NCBI GenBank assembly: GCA_963752475.1 | Contig: CAVVYR010000006.1 | Span: 32,001 to 96,000, forward strand | DNA length: 64,000 nucleotides | Direction: 5' to 3' | Source: an uncultured Chloroflexia bacterium | GTDB taxonomy: Bacteria > Chloroflexota > Limnocylindria > Limnocylindrales > CSP1-4 | Shown: in pieces, positions 11,981 through 21,751 of the stretch | How the letters are laid out: each line of letters starts with the position of its first letter | Position numbering within the stretch: the first letter of the stretch is position 1 | Made by a program: the position numbers and the translations under genes | Notes under the pieces: model-generated | Told to the model about the DNA's origin: nothing | Seen by the model: only the letters and a program-made list of their open reading frames with translations | Databases searched by the model: none

Positions 11981-12264
11981 TGGGCCAGATCGAGGGCGTG
12001 CCCGACACCTTCATCGAGCTCGCGCTGGTGGCCTTGGCCGTGGCCATCGTGCTGGCCTTCGTGCGTCTGGTGCGCGGCCCCAGTCTGATGGATCGGGTGA
12101 CCGCGCTCGAGCTCATCGCCAGTCTCGTCGCGGGCATCGTCGCCGTCTATGCCATCGGTACGGACGACCCCGCCCTCATCGACGTGGCCATCGCGCTCGC
12201 GTTGGTGGCGTTCATCGGTGCCGTCGCCTTCGCGCGCTACGCCGAACTGCGAGAGCGACCATGA
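11977..12264 (+). CDS. mrpF: Mrp antiporter subunit F
   Basis: RLVRGPSLMDRVTALE, FIGAVAFARY. Confidence 0.93.
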   Translation: MMGQIEGVPDTFIELALVALAVAIVLAFVRLVRGPSLMDRVTALELIASLVAGIVAVYAIGTDDPALIDVAIALALVAFIGAVAFARYAELRERP

Positions 12265-12668
12265 CCGACTGGCCAGCCACGATCGCGGTGGGCCTGGGTG
12301 TCGCCTTCTGCGTGCTCAGCGCCGTCGGCGTCCTGCGCATGCCGGACGTCTACATCCGCCTGCAGGTGGCCTCGAAGGCTTCCTCGCTGGGTATCGCGCT
12401 GCTGATGCTGGGGGTGGCCCTGCACTTCGGCGAGCTGAGCGTGACCATCCGGGCATTGCTCGTCGTGGTCTTCCTCTTCCTGACCGCGCCCGTGACCGCC
12501 CACGTCCTCGGCCGTGCTGCGTACATCACGGGTACGCCGCTGGCGCCCGGCTCGCGCCCTGACGAGCTGGCCGGGGCCTATGACGCGGAGACGGGTCGAC
12601 TGGCTGGCCTGGAGGGCCGACCGGACGGGGCCGATGCGCCCACCGGAGAGGACGCCGGTCACTCGTAA
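12261..12668 (+). CDS. mrpG: Mrp antiporter subunit G
   Basis: GVLRMPDVYIRL, FLTAPVTAH. Confidence 0.93.
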   Translation: MTDWPATIAVGLGVAFCVLSAVGVLRMPDVYIRLQVASKASSLGIALLMLGVALHFGELSVTIRALLVVVFLFLTAPVTAHVLGRAAYITGTPLAPGSRPDELAGAYDAETGRLAGLEGRPDGADAPTGEDAGHS

Positions 12669-12708
12669 CCGAGGCGCTTCGGCACCTGTGGGCGGACGGC
12701 CGCGGTTC

Positions 12709-12724
12709 GACAATGATCACTACC
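12709..12724. promoter_or_regulatory. Possible Fur-like box upstream of flavodoxin
   Basis: GACAATGATCACTACC matches the palindrome GATAATGATCATTATC at 13/16 positions; AT-rich in a GC-rich background. Confidence 0.35.
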
Positions 12725-12762
12725 GGTCTGACCTTTGCCTCAAGCACGGAGTGCTATCCCCC

Positions 12763-13269
12763 ATGTCCAACATCGGTCTCTTCTTCAGCAGTTCCACGGG
12801 TAACACCGAGGAGGCTGCGGACGCCATCAAGGCCGCCTTCGGCGGTGGCGTCGACATCTACTCGGTGGCTGACACGGCCGTCGACAAGATGCTCGAGTAC
12901 GACAACCTCATCATCGGCATCCCCACCTGGGAGATCGGCGAGCTCGAAGCCGACTGGGACGCGGTCGTCGACGACTACGCCGGGCTCGACCTCTCGGGCA
13001 AGAAGATCGCGATCTTCGGCCTGGGCGACCAGGTCAACTACCCCGACACCTACCAGGACGGCGTAGGCATCCTGGCCAAGAAGGGCCGGGACGCCGGAGC
13101 CACGATCGTGGGCTATACCAGCACCGATGGCCACGAGTTCGATGACTCTTTCGGCCTCGAGGATGGCAAGTTCATGGGCCTCTGCCTGGACAACGACAAC
13201 CAGGCTGACATGACCGACGATCGCATCGCCGCCTGGGTCGAGCAGCTCAAGGGCGAGTTCGGCCTCTAG
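12763..13269 (+). CDS. fldA: Long-chain flavodoxin
   Basis: SSTGNTE FMN loop, IGIPTW, FGLGDQVNYPDTY, GLCLDNDNQ. Confidence 0.92.
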   Translation: MSNIGLFFSSSTGNTEEAADAIKAAFGGGVDIYSVADTAVDKMLEYDNLIIGIPTWEIGELEADWDAVVDDYAGLDLSGKKIAIFGLGDQVNYPDTYQDGVGILAKKGRDAGATIVGYTSTDGHEFDDSFGLEDGKFMGLCLDNDNQADMTDDRIAAWVEQLKGEFGL

Positions 13270-13341
13270 GCCTTCTTCTCTCGATCGCAGCTCCAGGGCT
13301 CCGGAGTCGACTCCGGAGCCCCTTCCTATGCCCGGCGCCGG

Positions 13342-13522
13342 CGCGGCCCTGCGGTAGCCACCCGTCGCTCCCACCGACGCTGTGGCCGGGATCGCGGCCC
13401 TGCGGTAGCCACCCGTCGCTCCCACCGACGCTGTGGCCGGGATCGCGGCCCTGCGGTAGCCACCCGTCGCTCCCACCGACGCTGTGGCCGGGATCGCGGC
13501 CCTGCCGTAGCCACCCGTCGCT
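13342..13522 (+). repeat. 51-bp tandem repeat, about 3.5 copies, REP-like
   Basis: Unit CGCGGCCCTGCGGTAGCCACCCGTCGCTCCCACCGACGCTGTGGCCGGGAT at 13342, 13393, 13444, partial at 13495. Confidence 0.95.
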
Positions 13523-13686
13523 GGGGTCGACGGTCGTCCAACAGCACATGCGTGCACGTAGGACTACGGTCGGTGAGGGCGACGCGTGACTACGACGAGG
13601 TCGTCGGAGCGGAGTTGGCGGACCGATCCGGGTCCGCGCCGTGACTACAGGTCCCGGTTGCGTCGACCCCAGCGACGATCGTCCAC
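13507..13686. repeat. REP-like cluster B, right part
   Basis: Forward GTAGCCACCCGTCG-CTGGGGT-CGACG at 13507; reverse copies starting at 13593 and 13686; reverse GTAGTCAC at 13648. Confidence 0.7.
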
Positions 13687-13815
13687 ATTCCACGGCCGCC
13701 ACTCGCCAACCGGGCTGATGCGCACAGCGATGCCCACCGCGAACGCCGGACATCACGACGCCCGGAGGACTCTCCCTTGACCTCCGGGCGTCGTCGGGAA
13801 TCGTTCGACTAGGGG

Positions 13816-15480
13816 TTACGCGTCGGCAGCCCGGCCTCCATTGGAGTCGCGGCCGTCGCGGTCATGCGCCAGGTGCATGAAGTGGTCGACGGCGCCCACG
13901 TCCTTGGTGACAAGGCTGACGATGATGCCCGCCAGGAACGCCGCCGGCACGCCGTAGAGCGCCGGGTTGACCAGCACGGGCAGGCCCACGAGCGTCTCGA
14001 CGCCCATGTACTTGGCGGCTGTGTAGGCCAGTGACACGATTAGGCCCACGACGAAGGTGGCCACCACGCCCTGCCGGGTATAGCGGGTCCACCACACCGT
14101 CATCAGCAGGACCGGCGCGAAGGTGCTCGCAGCGATGCCGAAGGTCAGGCCCACGAGCTGGGCCACATTCTCTTCCTTCAGGACGATCGAGAGCAACACC
14201 GCGATGACCGTGAGCACGATGCCGGCACCGCGGGCCACCAGCACGCGCTGCGCCTCCGAGGATTCCGGCCGCAGCAGGACGGTGTAGCCGTCGTGCGCCA
14301 CGGTCGTGGTCATCTGGATGAGCAGTCCGACCGCCGAGCTAAGGATGGCGGCCATGGCGCCCGCGAGCACGATGCCTAGGAGCACCTGCCCGCCGAGCAG
14401 GTCGCCCAGCTCGGCGACCGCGGTATTGGTCGCCTTGCCCACGTCACCGCTGCTGATGAGCTCGGTGAGCAGCGGATACAGCAGCACCATGGCCGCGAAG
14501 CCCACGAACAGCGTGAGCGTGTAGAAGATGGCCAGGCTGATGATCGTCAGCTCGGTCGACTTCCTGGCGGCCACGGCGTCCTTCACGGTATACAGGCGGA
14601 TGAGCACGTGCGGCAGGCCGACCACGCCCAGGAACAGGCCCAGCACCAGGCTCAGCTGGTTGGGCAGGTCCTTGACGTTCACGCCCGGCGTCAGCGCGCT
14701 GGTCTCCTCTGGCAGGATCTCGCCCGAGTACAGCGCCGCCTCCATGGCCTCGTCGCCGCTGCTCTCGACGGGATAGTCGGACAGGATCTGGTCCGCCGCG
14801 CCGTTGTCCACGACCTGTGTCGGGGTGACCACGTTGTCGGCCTCGGTGAGCATGTTCAGCGGGTTCCAGTTGAAGTACATGAACGTCGCCAACACGAACA
14901 GCAGGATCATGGCGCCGAAGATGATGATGCCCTGGAACGCCTGGTTGTAGGACGTGCCGCGCATGCCGCCCATGACCACGATGACCGCGGTCATGCCGCC
15001 GGCGACGGCGACCCAGAAGATGTAGTCCAAACCTGGCACGAGCAGGTTGAAGAGGTGGCCCGCACCGACCAGCTGGGGCACCAGGTAGAGCACGCCGATG
15101 GTGAGGCCGGCGACGATGGTGAGGAATCGGATCTCGGATCCGGAGAACCGCTCGCGGAGGGCGTCGGCAACCGTGTACTTGCCCGATCGCCGCAGCGGGC
15201 TGGCAAGGATGAGCACGACCACGACCCAAGCGGCGAAGAAGCCCAGAGCCAGCCACCAGTTGTCGATGCCGAAGATGGCGATGGCGCCGGCTACACCCAG
15301 GAAGCTTGCCCCACTGGCGTAGTTGCTGAACATGGCCACACCGTTGAGCTTCCAGGGGATCTGACCGCCGGCCACGTAGAACTCTGCTGTGGACTTGGTC
15401 CAGCGCCGGCTGTAGATGCCGATGAGGAAGAAGGTGGCCATCCCAACGATGAGGATGGCGAGGGCGACGATGTTGTCCAT
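13816..15480 (-). CDS. Sodium:solute symporter (ActP-like)
   Basis: FYVAGGQI, YASGASFLG, YLVPQLVGAG, GLPHVLIRLYTV; preceded by a DUF485-type small gene. Confidence 0.9.
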   Translation of the reverse strand: MDNIVALAILIVGMATFFLIGIYSRRWTKSTAEFYVAGGQIPWKLNGVAMFSNYASGASFLGVAGAIAIFGIDNWWLALGFFAAWVVVVLILASPLRRSGKYTVADALRERFSGSEIRFLTIVAGLTIGVLYLVPQLVGAGHLFNLLVPGLDYIFWVAVAGGMTAVIVVMGGMRGTSYNQAFQGIIIFGAMILLFVLATFMYFNWNPLNMLTEADNVVTPTQVVDNGAADQILSDYPVESSGDEAMEAALYSGEILPEETSALTPGVNVKDLPNQLSLVLGLFLGVVGLPHVLIRLYTVKDAVAARKSTELTIISLAIFYTLTLFVGFAAMVLLYPLLTELISSGDVGKATNTAVAELGDLLGGQVLLGIVLAGAMAAILSSAVGLLIQMTTTVAHDGYTVLLRPESSEAQRVLVARGAGIVLTVIAVLLSIVLKEENVAQLVGLTFGIAASTFAPVLLMTVWWTRYTRQGVVATFVVGLIVSLAYTAAKYMGVETLVGLPVLVNPALYGVPAAFLAGIIVSLVTKDVGAVDHFMHLAHDRDGRDSNGGRAADA

Positions 15481-15483
15481 GGA

Positions 15484-15780
15484 CTAGTTCTCGATCCTCG
15501 CGAGGTAGACGCGCGTGATGATGAGGCCGGCGACGATGAGGCCCAGGCCGAGCCAGATGCCCAGCGGCAGGCCCAGGACCATCTGCGCCGCGAACTCCGC
15601 GAACTCGGCCGAGGTGAGCACGGCGACGACGAAGTAGATCGCCGAGAACAGAGCCATCAGCCCCCAGGCCCAGCGGGCTCGTGAGGTACTGAACGGGCTC
15701 CAGTTCTCGCTCGGGGTCGTCTCCGGCTCAGGCGTCCCTGGCGACCCCTGGCCCTCGGCCTGGTCGGTTGTCGGATCCAA
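15484..15780 (-). CDS. DUF485-like small membrane partner of the symporter
   Basis: Two TM helices ending ITRVYLARIEN; directly upstream of the symporter; GAGGGAG RBS before TTG. Confidence 0.7.
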   Translation of the reverse strand: MDPTTDQAEGQGSPGTPEPETTPSENWSPFSTSRARWAWGLMALFSAIYFVVAVLTSAEFAEFAAQMVLGLPLGIWLGLGLIVAGLIITRVYLARIEN

Positions 15781-15813
15781 TGCGCATCTCCCTCTACTGC
15801 AGGACCGTTCCCA

Positions 15814-15843
15814 TATGCACCTATCGGCTATGCACCTATCGGC
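15814..15843. repeat. 15-bp perfect tandem duplication in a divergent promoter region
   Basis: TATGCACCTATCGGC x2. Confidence 0.8.
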
Positions 15844-15945
15844 CCAATCTCGCGTGCGCGTACGTGGCATGCATGGGCCGTCGGACACGGCAGTGCGGGC
15901 CGGAACGCCTGTCTACGACCCAACCGGATTCGGCATCATGCGGAC

Positions 15946-17376
15946 ATGAGCACCGCACCCTCCGCCCGCACCACTCGACGGACCAAGTTGGTGGCCACCA
16001 TCGGCCCCGCCAGTATCGGTATGGTCGATCGCCTCATCGAGGCCGGCCTTGACATCGCTCGCATCAACTTCTCGCACGGCACACCCGAGGATCACCTCCA
16101 CACCGCCGAGGTCGTTCGCGCCGCAGCCGACGCCGCCGGCCGGACCATCGGCATCCTGGCCGATCTGCCTGGCCCCAAGCTGCGCCTGGCCACGCTGCAC
16201 GAGGACCCCGTCGTGCTCGAGTCAGGTGCCACGGTGGCGCTGTCGGGTCCCGCTACGCCGGCTACCGAGCACGACCTCCCGCTCAGCGACCCCGAGCTGG
16301 CAGGACGGCTGGAACCGGGCGATCGCGTGCTCTTGGCCGATGGCGCGGCCGAGCTGCGCGTCGGCGCTATCCAGGACGGAGCGGCCATCTGCGAGGTCGT
16401 GCGTGGTGGGCCCGTGCGCAGCCGTCAGGGCGTGAGTGTGCCGGCCGAGCGCATGTCACCCGATGCCCTCGATACTGCTGATGCCGCGGCCATCCCGCAC
16501 CTGCTCGAGGTCATGCCCGACTTCGCCGGCCAGTCGTTCGTACGCTCGGCGGCCGATGTCAACCTGCTCCGCTCGCGTATCCCGGAGTCGATCCGCATCG
16601 TGGCCAAGATCGAGACCCAGCCGGCGCTCGAGGACATCGAGGCCATCCTCGAGGCCGCCGACGGCATCATGGTCGCGCGGGGCGACCTTGGCGTGGAGCT
16701 GCCGTTCGAGCGGGTGCCGCTGGCGCAGAAGGACCTCGTGCGGGCCGCGCTGATGGCCGGCAAGCCGAGCATCGTGGCCACGCAGATGCTCGAGTCGATG
16801 GTGACCGCACCCCGGCCCACGCGCGCGGAAGCCAGCGACGTGGCCAACGCCATCATCGACGGCGCCGATGCGGTGATGCTGTCGGGTGAGACGGCCGTGG
16901 GAGCCTGGCCCCTGGAGGCGGTCCGGGCCATGGCCGACATCGCACAGCAGACCGACACGTACAAGGCACCGACGCGGCCACCGGCGGGAACCCCGTCCTT
17001 CGGCCCTGACGTGGACGCACGAGCCCTGGCGCTGGCCGCGGTCTCGATGGCCGACTCCGACCCCGACGTCGTGGCCATGGCCTGCTACACGCACTCGGGC
17101 CGCACCCCCCGCCGGCTGGCCTCGCTGCGGCCAGGCCGTCCCATCGCCGCCTTCACGCCGACCGAGGAGATCGCTCGCTCGCTCACGCTCGTGCGTGGCG
17201 TACTCCCATTCGTCATGCAGGTGGAGCCGGAGGAGCCGACGTCCATCACCGAGGCCGTCATCTCGGCACTTCGCGCCGGCAAGATCGAGATCGGTCTGGG
17301 TGAAGACGACGCGATCGTGTTGGTCCAGACCAGCGTGCGCGGCGGCCCCAACGCGCTCGAGCTCCTGCGCACCTGA
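15946..17376 (+). CDS. pyk: Pyruvate kinase
   Basis: RRTKLVATIGPAS, ARINFSHG, DGIMVARGDLGVE, ATQMLESM, PTRAEASDVANA. Confidence 0.96.
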   Translation: MSTAPSARTTRRTKLVATIGPASIGMVDRLIEAGLDIARINFSHGTPEDHLHTAEVVRAAADAAGRTIGILADLPGPKLRLATLHEDPVVLESGATVALSGPATPATEHDLPLSDPELAGRLEPGDRVLLADGAAELRVGAIQDGAAICEVVRGGPVRSRQGVSVPAERMSPDALDTADAAAIPHLLEVMPDFAGQSFVRSAADVNLLRSRIPESIRIVAKIETQPALEDIEAILEAADGIMVARGDLGVELPFERVPLAQKDLVRAALMAGKPSIVATQMLESMVTAPRPTRAEASDVANAIIDGADAVMLSGETAVGAWPLEAVRAMADIAQQTDTYKAPTRPPAGTPSFGPDVDARALALAAVSMADSDPDVVAMACYTHSGRTPRRLASLRPGRPIAAFTPTEEIARSLTLVRGVLPFVMQVEPEEPTSITEAVISALRAGKIEIGLGEDDAIVLVQTSVRGGPNALELLRT

Positions 17377-17423
17377 ACGAACACTAGACAAACACTAAAC
17401 GACCAGGCTACAATGGTCGCATC

Positions 17424-17822
17424 ATGCAGTACATCGACACCAACGACTCGAGCTACCAGCCGGGCGTCTGTAACATCGGCCCCGCCGAGATCCGCCGCCG
17501 TCGCCAGATCGGTTTCATCGGCCTTATCGGCGCCGTCGCCCTTGCCGGCCTGCTGCTGGCCATCGACGCGCCCGCCTGGACGCGCCTGGCGCTGGCGCTC
17601 CCGATGGTCATGGCGCTCGAAGGCTTCATCCAGGCGCGCGAGCGCTTCTGCGCTGGGTTCGCCATGGCCGGCCTCCAGAACATGGGCGATCTCGGCTCGG
17701 AGACCGCGATCGAGGATGACGAAGCCTTGGCAGCTGACCGACGCAAGGCCCTGCGCATCCACGCCACAGCCATTGCCGGTGCTCTCGCGGCCGGCGTCGC
17801 CTTTGCGCTCCTGCCCCTCTAG
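17424..17822 (+). CDS. Hypothetical membrane protein
   Basis: YQPGVCNIGPAEIRRRR N-terminus, three hydrophobic segments, gene-like codon usage. Confidence 0.75.
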   Translation: MQYIDTNDSSYQPGVCNIGPAEIRRRRQIGFIGLIGAVALAGLLLAIDAPAWTRLALALPMVMALEGFIQARERFCAGFAMAGLQNMGDLGSETAIEDDEALAADRRKALRIHATAIAGALAAGVAFALLPL

Positions 17823-17875
17823 ATACCCACCTCGCTCCATCGCGGAGCAAGACCGTTGCCCCTCCCACCCGTCCA

Positions 17876-17912
17876 CGACGCCCCGCTCGACCCGAGCGGG
17901 GCGTCGTTGATT
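17876..17912. terminator. Hairpin, copy 1 of an identical 37-bp repeat
   Basis: CGACGCCCCGCTCG-ACC-CGAGCGGGGCGTCG-TTGATT. Confidence 0.6.
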
Positions 17913-17922
17913 TCGGAGAGAG

Positions 17923-18089
17923 GTCGGCTACGCCCTGGCAGGCCGGCAGAACCTGGGCGAGCTGGGAGAAGAGCAGCTCATCGAAGAAGAGGCCGCAAGA
18001 CGGGCCGACCGCCGGCGTACCCTCGCGATGCAGAGGCGACGACCGGTGGCCTGATCGCCGGGCTCCTCTTCTGGCGCGCGAAGGCGTAG
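17923..18089 (+). pseudogene. 5'-truncated, frameshifted paralog of the 17424..17822 gene
   Basis: VGYALAGRQNLGELGEEQLIEEEAARRADRRRTLAMQ / ATTGGLIAGLLF aligns with AGFAMAGLQNMGDLGSETAIEDDEALAADRRKALRIH..AIAGALAAGVAF. Confidence 0.75.
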
Positions 18090-18239
18090 ACGAGGACACA
18101 TCCCTCTCCCGCTCCTGGGCCGTGGCTTTCCTTGCTGCGGGTGAGAGAATCGATCGGTCAGCCCCCCGGCAGTCGCCGAGTCGTAGCACCGTGAACTGGT
18201 TCTTCCCGTTGCCCGGTCGGCGAGCGCGGAGGAGAAACG

Positions 18240-18971
18240 GTGCAGATCGCAGCATCCATCCTCGGGCAACCAGGTGTCGCGGCGGCGTCGCTCAGGGCCT
18301 TGGTCCTGGCGCTGGCGTTCATCTTCCTCGTGCAAGGGCCGGCTGAGGCTGCCTCGGCCAAGGTCGTGCGCCACGGACCGCGCTCCAGCAACGGCGTCGC
18401 GCTCACCTTCGATGACGGCTGGGGTGTCGACTCATGCGAGCAGATCTCCAAGACGCTGACGCGGATGGGTGCGACGGCCACGTTCTTCATCAATGGCAAC
18501 CATCTCCGCGCGGACCCGGCACGCTGGCGCCGCATCCTCAAGGACTTCCCCGTGGGCAACCACACGCGCTCGCACTTGTGGCTCACGCGGGTCTCGAAGC
18601 ACAAGATCCGCGGTCAGCTCCGCAACAACCAATGGATCCACCACTGGGTCCTCGGCCGCAGGATGACAAGGGTCTTCCGGCCGCCCTACGGCGCCTACAA
18701 CCACCTGGTGCGGAGGGTGGCAGGTCGGTGGGGCTACAACCATCTGGTGCTCTGGAGCCACTCTTCAGGGGACACCTCGCCGGCGGCGACCGTCTCGTCG
18801 ATCATCCGACACACGACAGGTGCGCCGCGTGGCTCCATCATCCTGATGCACTGTGGGCCCAGCGTGACGGCGCGGGCGCTGCCGGCAGTCATCCGCTACT
18901 ACCAGCGGCGAGGGATCAGGCTGATCGGCCTCGACGAGATGCTCCGTCTGGGCGAATACGCGACCCGTTGA
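18240..18971 (+). CDS. Secreted polysaccharide deacetylase (CE4/NodB)
   Basis: ALTFDDG, GNHTRSH, FRPPYG, IILMH; signal peptide. Confidence 0.9.
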   Translation: MQIAASILGQPGVAAASLRALVLALAFIFLVQGPAEAASAKVVRHGPRSSNGVALTFDDGWGVDSCEQISKTLTRMGATATFFINGNHLRADPARWRRILKDFPVGNHTRSHLWLTRVSKHKIRGQLRNNQWIHHWVLGRRMTRVFRPPYGAYNHLVRRVAGRWGYNHLVLWSHSSGDTSPAATVSSIIRHTTGAPRGSIILMHCGPSVTARALPAVIRYYQRRGIRLIGLDEMLRLGEYATR

Positions 18972-18992
18972 GTCGAGCACCGATGAGATAGC

Positions 18993-19029
18993 CGACGCCC
19001 CGCTCGACCCGAGCGGGGCGTCGTTGATT
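18993..19029. terminator. Hairpin, copy 2, between convergent deacetylase and xylA
   Basis: Identical to 17876-17912. Confidence 0.65.
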
Positions 19030-19047
19030 CGTCGATCAGGCCCGAGA

Positions 19048-20205
19048 CTAGCGAGCGCCGAGCATGTGCTCGATGGCCAGCTGGTCGATCCGCCCGAAGC
19101 TCATCGAGCGCTTGCCGACCGCGACCGCGTCGATCTCCTCGGCGCGAAGTGCCTCGATGGTCTCGCCATCGGACATGGTGGGCACGCCGAGCTGATCCAC
19201 GCGGGCAGCCTTGAGCGCTTCCTGCACCTCGGGGTCGCGACGGAAGGCGGCCGCTCGCTCCTTGAGGATGAGGTAGGTGCGCATGTTGGACTCGGCCGTG
19301 ACCCAGACGTCGTCGCCGATGTCCGTGCGCAGCGGCTTGTAGTCGAAGTGGCGGGGGCCTTCGTAGTCCGAGTTCTCGAGCAGGTCGACCAGGTAGAACG
19401 CGCTCTGCAGGTCACCGTGACCGAAGACGAGATCCTGGTCGTACTTGATGCCGTGCTGGCCGTTGAGGTCGATGTGGAAGAGCTTGCCCTGCCACAGGGC
19501 CTGGGCCACTCCGTGCACCATGTTCAGCCCGGCCATCTGCTCATGGCCGACCTCCGGGTTCAAGCCCACCATCTCGGAGTGCTCGAGCGTCTCGATGAAG
19601 GCCATGGCGTGGCCGATCGTGGGCAGGAACATGTCACCGCGCGGCTCGTTGGGCTTGGGCTCCAGCGCGAAGCGGATCTTGTAGCCCTGGTCGATGGCGT
19701 AGCGGCAGAGGATGTCGAATGCTTCCTTGAAGCGGTCGAGCGCCGCCGTCATGTCCTTCGTGCCGTCGACCTCCGCTCCTTCGCGGCCACCCCAGAAGAC
19801 GTACGTCTCGGCTCCGAGCTCGGCCGCAAGGTCCAGGTTCTTCATGACCTTCTGCAGCGCGAAGCGTCGGACCTCACGGTCGTTGGCGGTGAACGCACCG
19901 TCCTTGAAGATGGGGTGGAAGAAGAGGTTCGTGGTCAGCATCGGGGCCTTCAGCCCCGTCTTCTCGAGCGCGTCCTTGAAGCGTCGGACGTGTTCGTCAC
20001 GCGCGGCCTCGTCCGAGCCGAAGGGGACCAGGTCGTCGTCATGGAAAGTGACGCCGTAGGCACCCAGGTCGGCCAGTCGGTACACGGCCTCGACCGGGTC
20101 GAGCGCGGCACGCGTGGGAGCGCCGAAGGGGTCGCCCGCGCGATAGCCCACGGTCCACAGACCGAAGGTGAACTTGTCAGCAGGGGTGGGCTTGAACTCG
20201 GTCAT
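19048..20205 (-). CDS. xylA: Xylose isomerase (class I)
   Basis: [49 protein letters not shown]; GAGGAGG RBS. Confidence 0.96.
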   Translation of the reverse strand: MTEFKPTPADKFTFGLWTVGYRAGDPFGAPTRAALDPVEAVYRLADLGAYGVTFHDDDLVPFGSDEAARDEHVRRFKDALEKTGLKAPMLTTNLFFHPIFKDGAFTANDREVRRFALQKVMKNLDLAAELGAETYVFWGGREGAEVDGTKDMTAALDRFKEAFDILCRYAIDQGYKIRFALEPKPNEPRGDMFLPTIGHAMAFIETLEHSEMVGLNPEVGHEQMAGLNMVHGVAQALWQGKLFHIDLNGQHGIKYDQDLVFGHGDLQSAFYLVDLLENSDYEGPRHFDYKPLRTDIGDDVWVTAESNMRTYLILKERAAAFRRDPEVQEALKAARVDQLGVPTMSDGETIEALRAEEIDAVAVGKRSMSFGRIDQLAIEHMLGAR

Positions 20206-20338
20206 CGTTCCTCCTCGAGCCGCCGAGCGCTCGGCGGCGATCCTCACAGATGTAGTGCCCTCATCCTACGACGGGCTGCGAGCGCCTCAGGGGGCCGTCG
20301 GTCAGGCTCTGGTATGACGTTCTGCTCGGCTGCTGCCG

Positions 20339-21121
20339 TCAGTCGCGCAGGCGGGCGACCCAGATCTCCTCGGGCGGCCACTTGCGGCCCCACTCGGCGG
20401 TGATGTCGCCGTAGTACTCGTGCGTCTCGGCAGCCTCGGGGACTTGCAGCTCGATCAGATCCTCGACTTCGAAGCCGTGGCGCCGCAGGAGCCGGATCCG
20501 CTCGCCGTGGGGGAGGTGGTACTCGGTCCCGGGGTCGCCGGGCCAGCGCAGGGCATGCAGGCCGTGGAGCGGGCGCTGCAGCGTCTCGGTGACGGGACCC
20601 ACATCCGGGAAGCACAGCTGCACCAGGATCGACGAGGTCAGGAACACGAGTCGGCCGTCGGGTCGGAGCACACGTGCAGCCTCGGGGATCCAGGCGTACG
20701 GATCGGCCCACAGCGACGCTCCGTACTCGGAGAGCACCATGTCGAAGGACCCTGCAGGGAAGGGGAGCGCTTCGCCGACGCCCTCGACGAGGGGGAACTC
20801 GATCCCGGTCTCGGCCTGCGTGCGTCGAGCCGTCTCCAGCTGTGCCGGCGTGGGGTCCAGCCCGACCGGCCGGGCGCCTCGGCGCGCGAGCCAGGCACTG
20901 AAGTAGCCCGTCCCGCAGCCGGCATCGAGGATGTCGAGTCCGGATACGTCGCCCAGCGGTGAACCGATGTCCGCCTCACGTACCCCGAACTGGCCCCAGC
21001 TGATCTCCTCGGCCAGCCATGTGCGTGCGGCGGTGGCATCGCCGTATTCCTCGTTGACCTTGGTCCATTGCTCGATGTTGCCGGCCACGGAGGCGCGCGT
21101 GCCAGCGGGGAGGTCGCTCAT
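20339..21121 (-). CDS. Class I SAM-dependent methyltransferase
   Basis: ILDAGCGTGY, FDMVLSEYGASLW, EAARVLRPDG. Confidence 0.88.
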   Translation of the reverse strand: MSDLPAGTRASVAGNIEQWTKVNEEYGDATAARTWLAEEISWGQFGVREADIGSPLGDVSGLDILDAGCGTGYFSAWLARRGARPVGLDPTPAQLETARRTQAETGIEFPLVEGVGEALPFPAGSFDMVLSEYGASLWADPYAWIPEAARVLRPDGRLVFLTSSILVQLCFPDVGPVTETLQRPLHGLHALRWPGDPGTEYHLPHGERIRLLRRHGFEVEDLIELQVPEAAETHEYYGDITAEWGRKWPPEEIWVARLRD

Positions 21122-21480
21122 GTGGGCTCCTGGTCGTCAGGTGGTGTCAGGGCAGTCTGGGCCTGCCGGACGGCGAGCGCCAGCAGGCCGCCGGTGATGA
21201 GACCCGCGACGATGAGGATGATCAGCCAGTCCTCGAGCTTCTCCGGCGGCGCGGCGATGAGGGCGACGCCCAGCAACAGCGGCGGCCCGGCGGCGGCGAT
21301 GAGTGCGGCACCAGCGGCTCGGTGCCCGATGCGCCAGCTCTCGTCGTCCTCTCGCACCGCGGCGGTGCGCAACCCGATCCAGCGGTTGCGTGGCAGTCGC
21401 TCCAGGACGCCGGCCAGGCCGACCACGGCGAGCCCCAGCGCCAGCGCCAGCAGCGCGATCGCGACGAGCGTCGTCTCCAC
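21118..21480 (-). CDS. SdpI-family membrane protein
   Basis: LPRNRWIGLRT....DDESWRIGHRAAG motif flanked by TM helices. Confidence 0.75.
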   Translation of the reverse strand: METTLVAIALLALALGLAVVGLAGVLERLPRNRWIGLRTAAVREDDESWRIGHRAAGAALIAAAGPPLLLGVALIAAPPEKLEDWLIILIVAGLITGGLLALAVRQAQTALTPPDDQEPT

Positions 21481-21484
21481 CGGC

Positions 21485-21751
21485 CTACCAGACCGCGATG
21501 GTGCGACCAGCCGGGTGATCGAGCAGGCGCTGGTCCTTGGTCACCAGCTGCTGGATCCGGCCGAGCCAGGCCCGGACAGGCTCCTTCGGGTGCACGCGGC
21601 CACCCCGCACCAGCAAGGCCATCTCGAACCAGGTGATGGCGGCGACCGCGATGTGAGCCCGACGGAGGAGCCTGCGGGCCTCCTTGCTGAGTGAGCCGGG
21701 TTCGATGTCGAGCCAGATCAGGGCATTGGTGTCCACCAGGACCGTGCTCAC
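21485..21751 (-). pseudogene. vapC: VapC PIN toxin with internal in-frame deletion
   Basis: LVDTNALIW, ITWFEMA and LVTKD present; only 88 aa, lacking the usual DPxDR segment. Confidence 0.65.

Noticed and set aside
13342-13522. Possible CRISPR array
   Set aside because: Units are identical end to end with no unique spacers, and no cas genes are present.
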